NCBI GenBank assembly: GCA_016938235.1 | Contig: JAFGVA010000223.1 | Location: forward strand, 406-64,405 | Source of the DNA: Bacteroidales bacterium | GTDB lineage: Bacteria > Bacteroidota > Bacteroidia > Bacteroidales > UBA10428 | Length of the DNA: 64,000 nt | Direction: 5' to 3' | Shown here: positions 49,410 through 57,217 of the stretch, in pieces | Layout: every line of letters begins with the position of its first letter | Numbering within the stretch: position 1 is the first letter of the stretch | The notes under the pieces: generated by a model | What the model saw: the letters and a program-made list of their open reading frames with translations, nothing else | Database searches by the model: none | Told to the model about the DNA's origin: nothing | Program-made: the position numbers and the translations under genes

Positions 49410-49999
49410 TCTGTATCGATATCTATTTCGATGTGTCCGGAAGAGTCAGCAAGTTCGTCTACAAACCCTTTTAAGGCTTTGCCGGCAGCTTTCCCCAGTT
49501 TACGAGCTTTTTCTTCGTCACTTAACTTGTTAAAGCTTTTTTCCAATTCATCTGCTGAATCTTTCAATTCCTGTTCTGCTTCTTCAAGTTCATTTTCCAG
49601 TTGTTTTAAAACATCCTCCATATCACCTCCGAATTCTTTTTCAAATTCCTCCTCAAAGGCCTTCTCAAATTTCTCGGATTTCTTGTCAATATTATTTTCA
49701 AGTTCATGTGTAATTCTTTCAAACGGGATTTTGCTTACCTTGAAAATAGAATTGGTCAATCTCAGGGCGGCAAGGCTTGTACCTATAATGGAGACAATGA
49801 GAGCTGCCATTATCAGGTTGTTTTGAATATTTGCCTTTTTGGCCTGGGTTAGCCCTACAGTGCTTAACGACACGCCTAGAATTCCCAAAACCAGTCCTAA
49901 CATCGATAAGCAGGGTATGAAAGCTATCATTACTGCAATTATCCCAAGAACCAGTCCGGCAACTCCTAATCCTGAACCACTGTTTGGTTTATTGTCCAT
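49406..49999 (-). CDS. Membrane protein with Gly/Leu-rich TM hairpins and an acidic coiled C-terminus
   Basis: 197 aa. N-terminal GLGVAGLVLGIIAVMIAFIPC.. (DUF4190-like) and a C-terminal E/K-rich helix. Confidence 0.5.
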   Translation of the reverse strand: MDNKPNSGSGLGVAGLVLGIIAVMIAFIPCLSMLGLVLGILGVSLSTVGLTQAKKANIQNNLIMAALIVSIIGTSLAALRLTNSIFKVSKIPFERITHELENNIDKKSEKFEKAFEEEFEKEFGGDMEDVLKQLENELEEAEQELKDSADELEKSFNKLSDEEKARKLGKAAGKALKGFVDELADSSGHIEIDIDTD

Positions 50000-50021
50000 T
50001 TGTTCAATAATATGCTAATAA

Positions 50022-50029
50022 CAAATATA
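50022..50029 (-). promoter_or_regulatory. Candidate -7 box for the 49999-49008 gene pair
   Basis: Plus-strand CAAATATA equals minus-strand TATATTTG, 23 nt upstream of the ATG at 49999. Confidence 0.4.
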
Positions 50030-50149
50030 ATAAAATCAACAAATATTTTATTATAAGACGGGGAAATACAAAAGAAAGTTACACAGAAATAAAAATTATA
50101 CGTAGTATAACAAAACAATAAAGATTAGTTGGTTTTCTGGAAAATGCAA

Positions 50150-50157
50150 TATATTTG
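50150..50157 (+). promoter_or_regulatory. Candidate -7 box for the PadR operon
   Basis: TATATTTG, 24 nt upstream of the ATG. Confidence 0.45.
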
Positions 50158-50180
50158 TAATATATAAGTTAGTTATATAT

Positions 50181-50540
50181 ATGAAAAACAAAATATCATC
50201 AGAATTGCTTAAAGGTTCTTTGAAACCAATTATTCTAAAACTGCTGAAAGAGCAGGGCAGGATGTATGGCTACGAAATAACTCAACAGGTTGAGGAACTG
50301 AGCAAGGGTAAAATAGTGCTTACCTACGGGGCTCTTTATCCCATATTACACAAACTCGAAAACGATGAAATTGTAATTACCGAACAGGAAATTGTAAACA
50401 ACCGAACACGTGTTTACTATAAACTTACTCCAAAAGGTTCTGAAAAGTCGGTTGAGAAAATCAGAGAGATGGAGGCTTTTTTACAAACCTTGGGAATATT
50501 GTTTAAACCCAGTCCAAATGTTGGTCTATGCAATACCTGA
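50181..50540 (+). CDS. PadR-family transcriptional regulator
   Basis: 119 aa. LKGSLKPIILKLLKEQGRMYGYEITQQV.. and GALYPILHKLE are winged-helix PadR signatures. Confidence 0.88.
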   Translation: MKNKISSELLKGSLKPIILKLLKEQGRMYGYEITQQVEELSKGKIVLTYGALYPILHKLENDEIVITEQEIVNNRTRVYYKLTPKGSEKSVEKIREMEAFLQTLGILFKPSPNVGLCNT

Positions 50541-51739
50541 CAAGTGAACAGATAGATGCAATTGATGCAGAACTGAAAAATGCTGAAATAAATTATTCGC
50601 ATTTACCCGAAGATTTATTGGATCATATCTGCTGCGATATTGAAAAATACCTGAACGATGGGCTCAATTTCAATGAGGCCTACCAATCGGTATTTGATAA
50701 GATTGGAATTAACGGATTAAAGGAAATTCAGGAGGCAACTATCTTTTATGTTAAACTAAATCTTATGAAAATGAAAAAATTGATGAATTTTATGGCTTTG
50801 ATCGGAGGCATTTCGGTTACTGCAGGAATGTTCTTTAAACTTATGCACTGGCCGGGTGGGGGGATTGTACTTACCTTTGGATTCTTATTTTTGTTCCTGG
50901 GTTTTTTCCCGGCTGCACTTATGAACCTTCGAAAAGAATTGGAGCAAAAATTCTTTTCAGCAGGTTTTTTAATCTATTTAGTAGGTTTCTTAACCTTTGT
51001 AATTACAGGGGCAGCAATGATCTTTAAAATGATGCATTGGCCTGGCGGTGGACTTCTTGTTTCAGCCAGCATGATCTTATTGTTTCTCATTTTTTTCCCG
51101 GTTTTGTTTTTTAAAATAGTCAGAACAGAGAAAAACAGGATCGTTAATCTCTCATTGGTTTTATTTGCCTTCCTTTTTGCTGGTTTTATTACCGTTTCTA
51201 ACCTGAATAGCGCACGCAACGTTTCAAACGTTTTCCAATATGAAGATCTGACAGCAGAATTAGCTTATTACAAAGAGGCAATGAAAACTCAAGCCAGCAG
51301 CACGGTATTCAGTGAAGCAGAGTACACTGCAAGTTTAAAACTTTTTAATACCTTGAATACAGACATAGAGGATCTCAAATCCCTGATTCTTAATGACAGG
51401 AAGGATATTTATGAACTAAACTTCAGGCTAAACCATTTCTCTTTATTAGAAGATGTATATGATTCACGCCTGATTGCTTTAAAAGAAGAAATTGAAGCAT
51501 ATAAGCAGCAAATGCTCAAACTTGCCGGGAATAGTAAAGATTTATCAATTTTGATAAATGCATTATTCAATACAGAAGATTACCAATTGGAATATTATCA
51601 CAGGCCATGGATAGAGAGAAAATTTGATAGGTCATACGTGGGAAAACTAACAAGTTTGCAGCAATTACAAAAGTATATTTACCAGACACAATATGAAGTT
51701 TTAAGGTACCAGGTACTTAATTCATCGACTCCTGAATAA
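50528..51739 (+). CDS. PadR-coupled membrane protein with a duplicated FK(L/M)MHWPGGG TM hairpin
   Basis: 403 aa with a 13-nt overlap with padR. Soluble N-domain, two homologous modules (GMFFKLMHWPGGGIVLTFGFLFLFLGFFP and AAMIFKMMHWPGGGLLVSASMILLFLIFFP), and a C-terminal ~190-aa helical domain. Confidence 0.6.
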   Translation: MQYLTSEQIDAIDAELKNAEINYSHLPEDLLDHICCDIEKYLNDGLNFNEAYQSVFDKIGINGLKEIQEATIFYVKLNLMKMKKLMNFMALIGGISVTAGMFFKLMHWPGGGIVLTFGFLFLFLGFFPAALMNLRKELEQKFFSAGFLIYLVGFLTFVITGAAMIFKMMHWPGGGLLVSASMILLFLIFFPVLFFKIVRTEKNRIVNLSLVLFAFLFAGFITVSNLNSARNVSNVFQYEDLTAELAYYKEAMKTQASSTVFSEAEYTASLKLFNTLNTDIEDLKSLILNDRKDIYELNFRLNHFSLLEDVYDSRLIALKEEIEAYKQQMLKLAGNSKDLSILINALFNTEDYQLEYYHRPWIERKFDRSYVGKLTSLQQLQKYIYQTQYEVLRYQVLNSSTPE

Positions 51740-51764
51740 CAATTCGTTATATTCAATTATGCAG

Positions 51765-51792
51765 GGCTGTCAATTGTTTGACAGCCTTTTTT
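51765..51792 (+). terminator. Rho-independent terminator
   Basis: GGCTGTCAA-TTGT-TTGACAGCC followed by TTTTTT. Confidence 0.8.
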
Positions 51793-51858
51793 ACTTTAAT
51801 ATTATAACAGGCATATAAAAAAAATACGATTTTTCTTGACAAAGCTTTTTGAATTATT

Positions 51859-51866
51859 TATATTTG
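51859..51866 (+). promoter_or_regulatory. Candidate -7 box for the TetR operon
   Basis: TATATTTG, directly abutting operator-like site 1. Confidence 0.45.
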
Positions 51867-51882
51867 AACAAACGTTCAGTCA
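51865..51882. promoter_or_regulatory. Operator-like site 1 (imperfect copy)
   Basis: TGAACAAACGTTCAGTCA shares AACGTTCAGTC with the perfect palindrome at 51927-51942. Confidence 0.5.
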
Positions 51883-51887
51883 AAAAC

Positions 51888-51910
51888 AAAGCGGCTAACC
51901 TCCGCTTTTT
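51888..51910 (+). promoter_or_regulatory. Small hairpin plus T-run in the TetR leader
   Basis: AAAGCGG-CTAACCT-CCGCTTT followed by TT, between the two operator-like sites. Confidence 0.45.
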
Positions 51911-51926
51911 AAAAGACCTATTCAAT

Positions 51927-51942
51927 GACTGAACGTTCAGTC
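51927..51942. promoter_or_regulatory. Operator-like site 2 (perfect 16-bp palindrome)
   Basis: GACTGAACGTTCAGTC is its own reverse complement. It lies 16 nt upstream of the likely TetR start at 51958. Confidence 0.6.
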
Positions 51943-51957
51943 TTAAAATTTATCACT

Positions 51958-52533
51958 ATGGCACCACGCACCGAACAACAATTTGAAATTATCAGGGAAG
52001 AAAGAAAAGAGCAAATTATGAAAGTTGCTCTGGAACTAATAGCACAGGATGGCTTTGCAAATGTATCAATTTCGAAGATTGCAGCAAAGGCAAAGATTTC
52101 CAAAGGACTAATGTATAACTACTTCGACAGTAAGGAGAAAATGATTACAGAGATCATGATTGGAGGTTTTGAGGAATTGGAACGAGTTTTTGACCCCAAT
52201 AAAGATGGCATTCTCACCGACGATGAATTGCATTTTTTAATCGAAGAAACCTTTCGCATACTACAGTCAAATATAAAATTCTGGAGGCTTTATTTCATGA
52301 TTATGTTTCAACCCGAAGTGTATAAACTGATTGAAAAGCAGCTTCAAAAAGCATTAAAACCTTTTATGAATATCACTTACAATTATTTTGTGAAACGAGG
52401 TTATGAAGATCCCGCAGCAGAAGTATCATTATTCGGTGCTATTCTCGATGGCGTGAGCCTGAACTTCGTAATGAATCCGCGGATTTTTCCACTCGAAGGA
52501 ATTAAATCTAAATTACATAGCATGTATAAATAA
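51958..52533 (+). CDS. TetR/AcrR-family transcriptional regulator
   Basis: The start MAPRTEQQFEIIREERKEQIMKVALELIAQDGF..VSISKIAAKAKISKGLMYNYF carries an HTH. The ORF-track start at 51925 would place the palindrome inside the coding sequence. Confidence 0.85.
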   Translation: MAPRTEQQFEIIREERKEQIMKVALELIAQDGFANVSISKIAAKAKISKGLMYNYFDSKEKMITEIMIGGFEELERVFDPNKDGILTDDELHFLIEETFRILQSNIKFWRLYFMIMFQPEVYKLIEKQLQKALKPFMNITYNYFVKRGYEDPAAEVSLFGAILDGVSLNFVMNPRIFPLEGIKSKLHSMYK

Positions 52534-52534
52534 T

Positions 52535-53008
52535 ATGGTTATGGGAACATTAGTAATAAACCGATTCGATAAGTCTTTTGGACCTGTGGGTTCATTTGCC
52601 GGCTTGTTCATTTTCCTGGCTGGCCTGATTCTCATTTTCTATAGCTACTCAGCAATAATTCTCATCTTGTTGGGAGCCTTTGTAGGATTTACTCATTCTT
52701 CAGCTTCTATCGATTTTGGTGATAGTAAAATACGATTGACAAACAACATTTGCGGAATTTTTAAATTTGGTAAATGGATACAGGTACATCCCGAAATGGT
52801 AATATCCATTAAATCAAACCGGCAAATTTACCGTAACTTCAGTCGCAGCAACCGTGTGTTGGATATAAAAACCCATAAATACCAGGTACTGCTTTGCGAT
52901 GAAAAACTAAATCCACTAATACCACTTAAGTATATTAAGGATCTTGATGATGGTAAAAAGATAGCTAAAGAATATGCTACCCGACTAAACATAAAAACGA
53001 ATTATTAA
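52535..53008 (+). CDS. Hypothetical small membrane protein
   Basis: 157 aa with two TM segments near the N-terminus. Starts 1 nt after the TetR stop. Confidence 0.5.
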   Translation: MVMGTLVINRFDKSFGPVGSFAGLFIFLAGLILIFYSYSAIILILLGAFVGFTHSSASIDFGDSKIRLTNNICGIFKFGKWIQVHPEMVISIKSNRQIYRNFSRSNRVLDIKTHKYQVLLCDEKLNPLIPLKYIKDLDDGKKIAKEYATRLNIKTNY

Positions 53009-53037
53009 AACATTCAATAACATTAAAGATTATTCAC

Positions 53038-53799
53038 ATGAAGACAAAAGTTAAATTAATTATTGCATCAGCCCTTTTATCCGGAGTCTTTCAGATTGCT
53101 GTAAGAGCCCAGGATGCTACCGAGCTTATCAGAAAAGCAGACGCCAAAATGCGTGGAGAGAAATCGAGTTACAGCGTAATGAGCATGACCATTGTAAGGC
53201 CTACCTGGAACCGCACCATCAGCTTTAAAAGCTGGACAAAAGGAACCGAAAACTCTTTGGTGTACATTACTGCTCCTGCAAAAGAAAAGGGACTGGTTTT
53301 CCTTAAGCTTGACCGTGATATGTGGAGCTGGAATCCACAAATTAACCGTATGATTAAGCTGCCAACTTCTATGCTTTCGCAAGGTTGGATGGGTTCCGAT
53401 TTCACAAACGACGATTTGCTTAACCAAAGTTCGATAGTGGTTGATTATACCCATAAAATTCTTGCTGAAGAGACAGTTTCTGGCGAGGATTGCTACAAAA
53501 TTGAACTTATGCCAAAACCCGATGCACCGGTCGTATGGGGTAAAATAATTATGTGGGTCTCAAAAGCCCATATTACTGGAGTAAAAACTGAGTATTATGA
53601 CGAAGACGGGTACCTGGTAAAATCGGAGATTGGCATGGACTTCAAAGACATGAGTGGTCGTTATATCCCTACAAAATTTGAACTTATTCCTGCCGATGAA
53701 GAAGACAACAAAACCATTGTGGTAATGGAAAATATACAGTTCAATATTGCTATTGAAGATTCATTTTTCTCTCAACAGAATATGAAGAGGGTGAGATAA
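53038..53799 (+). CDS. LolA-like outer-membrane lipoprotein-sorting family protein
   Basis: 253 aa with signal peptide. MWSWNPQINRMIKLPTSMLSQGWMGSDFTNDDL is typical of the LolA-like family found next to FtsX-type permeases. Confidence 0.7.
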   Translation: MKTKVKLIIASALLSGVFQIAVRAQDATELIRKADAKMRGEKSSYSVMSMTIVRPTWNRTISFKSWTKGTENSLVYITAPAKEKGLVFLKLDRDMWSWNPQINRMIKLPTSMLSQGWMGSDFTNDDLLNQSSIVVDYTHKILAEETVSGEDCYKIELMPKPDAPVVWGKIIMWVSKAHITGVKTEYYDEDGYLVKSEIGMDFKDMSGRYIPTKFELIPADEEDNKTIVVMENIQFNIAIEDSFFSQQNMKRVR

Positions 53800-53832
53800 T
53801 TAATAATGTTGAATGAAAAATGTATAATGATT
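53798..53832 (+). repeat. Left heptamer array of the four-helix-bundle cassette
   Basis: AATTAAT AATGTTG AATGAAA AATGTAT AATGATT. Begins inside the stop codon of the upstream gene and ends 15 nt before the ATG. Confidence 0.85.
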
Positions 53833-53847
53833 TAACACCTAGATTAA

Positions 53848-54207
53848 ATGAAAACCGACAATGTCATTTTGGATAAAACTTATGCTTTTGCACTCAAAAT
53901 TGTAAAACTGTATTTACAACTTAAAAAAGATAATGAGTTTATTCTTTCCAGACAATTAGTGAAAAGTTCTACTTCAATAGGTGCTAATAGTGAGGAGGGT
54001 GCTGCTGCGCAATCTAAAAATGATTTTATTTCAAAATTTTCAATTGCTTTAAAAGAAGCAAGAGAATCAAGGTATTGGTTAAGATTACTTAGAGATAGTG
54101 AGTTGATTGACATTAACTACGCTGATATATTAATTGAAGAATGTAATGAGATAATCAGAATAATAACTTCAATTATTAAAACTGCTCGAAATAATACTAA
54201 AAGCTGA
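53848..54207 (+). CDS. Four-helix-bundle protein (23S rRNA intervening-sequence protein family; Avd-like)
   Basis: 119 aa. Core SIGANSEEGAAAQSKNDFISKFSIALKEARESRYWLRLL matches the family signature (..SI..N..EG......DF..K..IA.KEA.E..YWL.LL). Confidence 0.85.
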   Translation: MKTDNVILDKTYAFALKIVKLYLQLKKDNEFILSRQLVKSSTSIGANSEEGAAAQSKNDFISKFSIALKEARESRYWLRLLRDSELIDINYADILIEECNEIIRIITSIIKTARNNTKS

Positions 54208-54208
54208 A

Positions 54209-54243
54209 ACACATTATACATTATTCATTTTCAATTATTCATT
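54209..54243 (-). repeat. Right heptamer array of the four-helix-bundle cassette (inverted)
   Basis: The minus-strand read is AATGAAT AATTGAA AATGAAT AATGTAT AATGTGT. Begins 1 nt after the stop codon. Confidence 0.85.
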
Positions 54244-54258
54244 TTTAAACTGATTATT

Positions 54259-55677
54259 ATGAAATTATACAAAATAGCCTGGCGAAACCTTTGGAGGAAC
54301 AGAAAACGAACTGCTATTACTTCTGCTTCAATACTTTTTGCCGTTTTCTTTGCCGTTGTTATGAGGTCGTTAGAGCTCGGATTCTACGACCACATGATTA
54401 AAAATGCGATTGAATCCTATTCCGGATTTTTGCAAATCCAACATGTTGATTACCAAACCGATCCCTCTTTGGAAAATACCATTGAGCTCGATGAAGGATT
54501 CATTGCTCAGCTAGAAAATGCCGAAGGTGTAAAAGCTGTAGTACCAAGAGTGCAGACTTTTGCTTTAGCCTCCAGCGGAGAACAAACAAAAGGAGCTCTA
54601 ATTGTGGGGATAGATCCGGTTAAAGAGAAAAAATTGTCCAATCCAGAAATACGGTTAGTTAGACACCAATTTACTAAAGAGAATATTGAACGGCTTAATG
54701 AGAATTCCGGAATACCCGAATCTGTAAAAGAGAAACTAAACGGTCTGTTGTATAAATCTTATACAAACACAGGTACAATTGCTATGGACCTTGACCTTGA
54801 TGAGGAAGCTGAATCATTCTTACTCAGTATTCTCGGACAAGAAACAGCTTTTCCCGGAGAATACCTTCAAGCTAACGACGATGGAGTTTTGGTTTCAGAA
54901 CGTTTATCGAAGTACCTTAAACTTAAGGTTGGAGATACTCTTATTCTTTACGGACAGGGCTACCAGGGAGCAACCGCAGCAGATCTTTTCCCGGTGCGTG
55001 GCATTGTTAGTATTCCAAATCCGGAACTTGACAATAAACTGGTATATGCAAGCCTTGAGAAGGCTCAGTATTTTTCAAACCTTGGAAACCGTATTTCAAA
55101 TCTGGCAATCAACCTCGATGATAACAGCGATAAGAATTTAAAGTATATGGAAAAGAAACTTTCAGACATGTTAAATTCTGAAACTGTTACAGTTGAGAAC
55201 TGGAAAGTATTCAACAAAGTGCTCTGGCAGCAGATTGAGAGCGATAATAACAGCGGAATAATATTCCTTGGGCTGCTTTACTTCATTATTTTCTTCGGAA
55301 TATTTGGAACAGTGCTTATGATGATACATGAGCGTTATCGTGAATTCGGTGTAATGGTCTCCATTGGAATGCAAAAAACACGTCTTTCGGTTATTATGAT
55401 ATATGAGATGATATTGATGGGAATTCTGGGCGTTCTTTCCGGCATTATTTTAAGTCTTCCTTTAATTCTGACCATGCATTATAATCCGGTGCATCTGACA
55501 GGAGATATGGCACAAATGATGGAGGACATGGGATTCGAAGCTGTTATGCCCCTGGCAAGTCCCGGGATGTATATGGTTTGGCAGGCTGTAATTGTTGCAA
55601 TTATGGTGGCGCTTTCAAGTATATACCCCATACGCAAAATATTCGCTCTTAAAGAGATAGATGCACTCAGAGCTTAA
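54259..55677 (+). CDS. FtsX/MacB-type ABC transporter permease
   Basis: 472 aa. N-terminal AWRNLWRNRKRT, a large extracytoplasmic domain between TM1 and TM2, and a C-terminal FtsX 3-TM bundle. Confidence 0.85.
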   Translation: MKLYKIAWRNLWRNRKRTAITSASILFAVFFAVVMRSLELGFYDHMIKNAIESYSGFLQIQHVDYQTDPSLENTIELDEGFIAQLENAEGVKAVVPRVQTFALASSGEQTKGALIVGIDPVKEKKLSNPEIRLVRHQFTKENIERLNENSGIPESVKEKLNGLLYKSYTNTGTIAMDLDLDEEAESFLLSILGQETAFPGEYLQANDDGVLVSERLSKYLKLKVGDTLILYGQGYQGATAADLFPVRGIVSIPNPELDNKLVYASLEKAQYFSNLGNRISNLAINLDDNSDKNLKYMEKKLSDMLNSETVTVENWKVFNKVLWQQIESDNNSGIIFLGLLYFIIFFGIFGTVLMMIHERYREFGVMVSIGMQKTRLSVIMIYEMILMGILGVLSGIILSLPLILTMHYNPVHLTGDMAQMMEDMGFEAVMPLASPGMYMVWQAVIVAIMVALSSIYPIRKIFALKEIDALRA

Positions 55678-55701
55678 TTACTAACGAGAAAATCAATACA
55701 A

Positions 55702-57123
55702 ATGATACTATCAATTGGTTGGAAAAATGTTTGGCGAAATAAAACCCGGAGTATGGTTGTTATTGTCGCCGTTATGCTGGGAATTTTCGGAGGAGTAATG
55801 GCTTCCGGAATAATGAAAGGCTGGATAGCACAGCGCATTCATGCCAGTATTTACAACGAAATATCTCACGTTCAGATTCACAATCCTGAGTTCATGTTGA
55901 ATGAGGATATGAATCTGACTATTGAAAATGCTGAACAAATACTGAATGTTCTGGATACAATACCAGAGGTGGTAGCATATAGCCCAAGAGTTAAGCTCTT
56001 TGCCATGGTAAAAAGCGACTGGTCGACCTCGGGCTTATATGTTAAAGGTGTTGACAGGGATAAAGAAATTGAAGTTTCTGAAATCTATAAACATCTTTTG
56101 GAGGGTGATTTTCTGGAAGGAAAACACAGAATTCCTTCCATTGTAATAGGAAGTGATGCAGCGAAGGCACTCAAGCTGTTAAATTACCAGGTTACCCCGG
56201 AAAAAATCGATTCATTGAATGTTGAAGAGTACCCTGTTGAGATAATATCGAAATTGGGGGATATTGGTGACAAACGATTCAGAAAAGAAAAAGATTTCAG
56301 GGAAGCTTTAACCGAAAATCTGACTAAACACGAATACAAAGAATACGGAGACAAACTTGTTGAATATTTCTCATTTTACAGGTTGGGAGCAAAACTTGAG
56401 CTTACTCTTCAGGATACAAGCGGACAGATAATCAATCCGGTCTTTAAAATAAGGGGAATATACAAAACCAGCAATACCATGTTTGACGGACTAACCGCTT
56501 TTGTTGATCGCCAAAAACTTAATACCTATACAAAGCTTGGAGAAAATGATATTCATGAAATTGCAATAATCTCTACCGGGAACGATGAGGGAAAAGAATT
56601 AGGCATAACACTGGAAGAATATTTTGCAGGTAGCAGTGTGATGGGCTGGGATAAAATTTCTCCCGAAATAGCTATGTATACCCAGTTCACCAGTCTTATG
56701 GGGATAATTTTTGTAGGTATTATTCTGTTTGCACTGGCATTCGGTATTATTAATACCATGTTGATGTCTGTTTTGGAAAGAGTAAAGGAATTAGGTATGT
56801 TAATGGCAATTGGCATGAACAGGAAAAGAGTGTTTTACATGATAATGGCCGAATCAATTTTTCTTACGATAACCGGTGCAATTGCAGGAATGATCTTCAG
56901 TGGGATCATTCTTGAGATTACCGGCAGAACGGGCATTAATTTCAATATGTATGCCGAAGGCTTTGAAGCACTTGGATATTCATCTGTTGTTTATCCAACT
57001 GTCTCGTGGTTCGATTATATTTCTATAATAATTCTGGTAATAATTACAGGTATTATTTCATCTATCTGGCCGGCCAGAAAGGCATTGAAGCTTAATCCTG
57101 TGGAAGCACTTAGGACGGATTAA
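55702..57123 (+). CDS. FtsX/MacB-type ABC transporter permease (paralog)
   Basis: 473 aa. GWKNVWRNKTRS and the same architecture as the preceding gene. Confidence 0.85.
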   Translation: MILSIGWKNVWRNKTRSMVVIVAVMLGIFGGVMASGIMKGWIAQRIHASIYNEISHVQIHNPEFMLNEDMNLTIENAEQILNVLDTIPEVVAYSPRVKLFAMVKSDWSTSGLYVKGVDRDKEIEVSEIYKHLLEGDFLEGKHRIPSIVIGSDAAKALKLLNYQVTPEKIDSLNVEEYPVEIISKLGDIGDKRFRKEKDFREALTENLTKHEYKEYGDKLVEYFSFYRLGAKLELTLQDTSGQIINPVFKIRGIYKTSNTMFDGLTAFVDRQKLNTYTKLGENDIHEIAIISTGNDEGKELGITLEEYFAGSSVMGWDKISPEIAMYTQFTSLMGIIFVGIILFALAFGIINTMLMSVLERVKELGMLMAIGMNRKRVFYMIMAESIFLTITGAIAGMIFSGIILEITGRTGINFNMYAEGFEALGYSSVVYPTVSWFDYISIIILVIITGIISSIWPARKALKLNPVEALRTD

Positions 57124-57217
57124 TGATTAATGTATAATGAAGAATGTATAATGAAGAATGTATAATGAAGAATGTATAATGAAGAATGTATAATGAAGAA
57201 TGCATAATTTATAATTG
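57122..57217 (+). repeat. Tandem array of the 14-mer AATGTATAATGAAG (5 perfect copies plus degenerate ends)
   Basis: AATGATT, then 57129-57198 as 5 x AATGTATAATGAAG, then AATGCATAATTTAT AATTG. Starts inside the permease stop codon. Confidence 0.95.

Noticed and set aside
51925-51957. Longer N-termini proposed by the ORF track (TetR 51925, fibre 35276, 48737, 46221, possibly 43726)
   Set aside because: The internal starts give canonical signal peptides or family-typical N-termini. They also leave promoter or operator motifs outside the coding sequence.
53848-54207. Avd-like four-helix-bundle gene as part of a diversity-generating retroelement
   Set aside because: The window has no reverse transcriptase ORF, no template/variable repeat pair and no target gene with a C-type-lectin-like end. 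The gene is free-standing.
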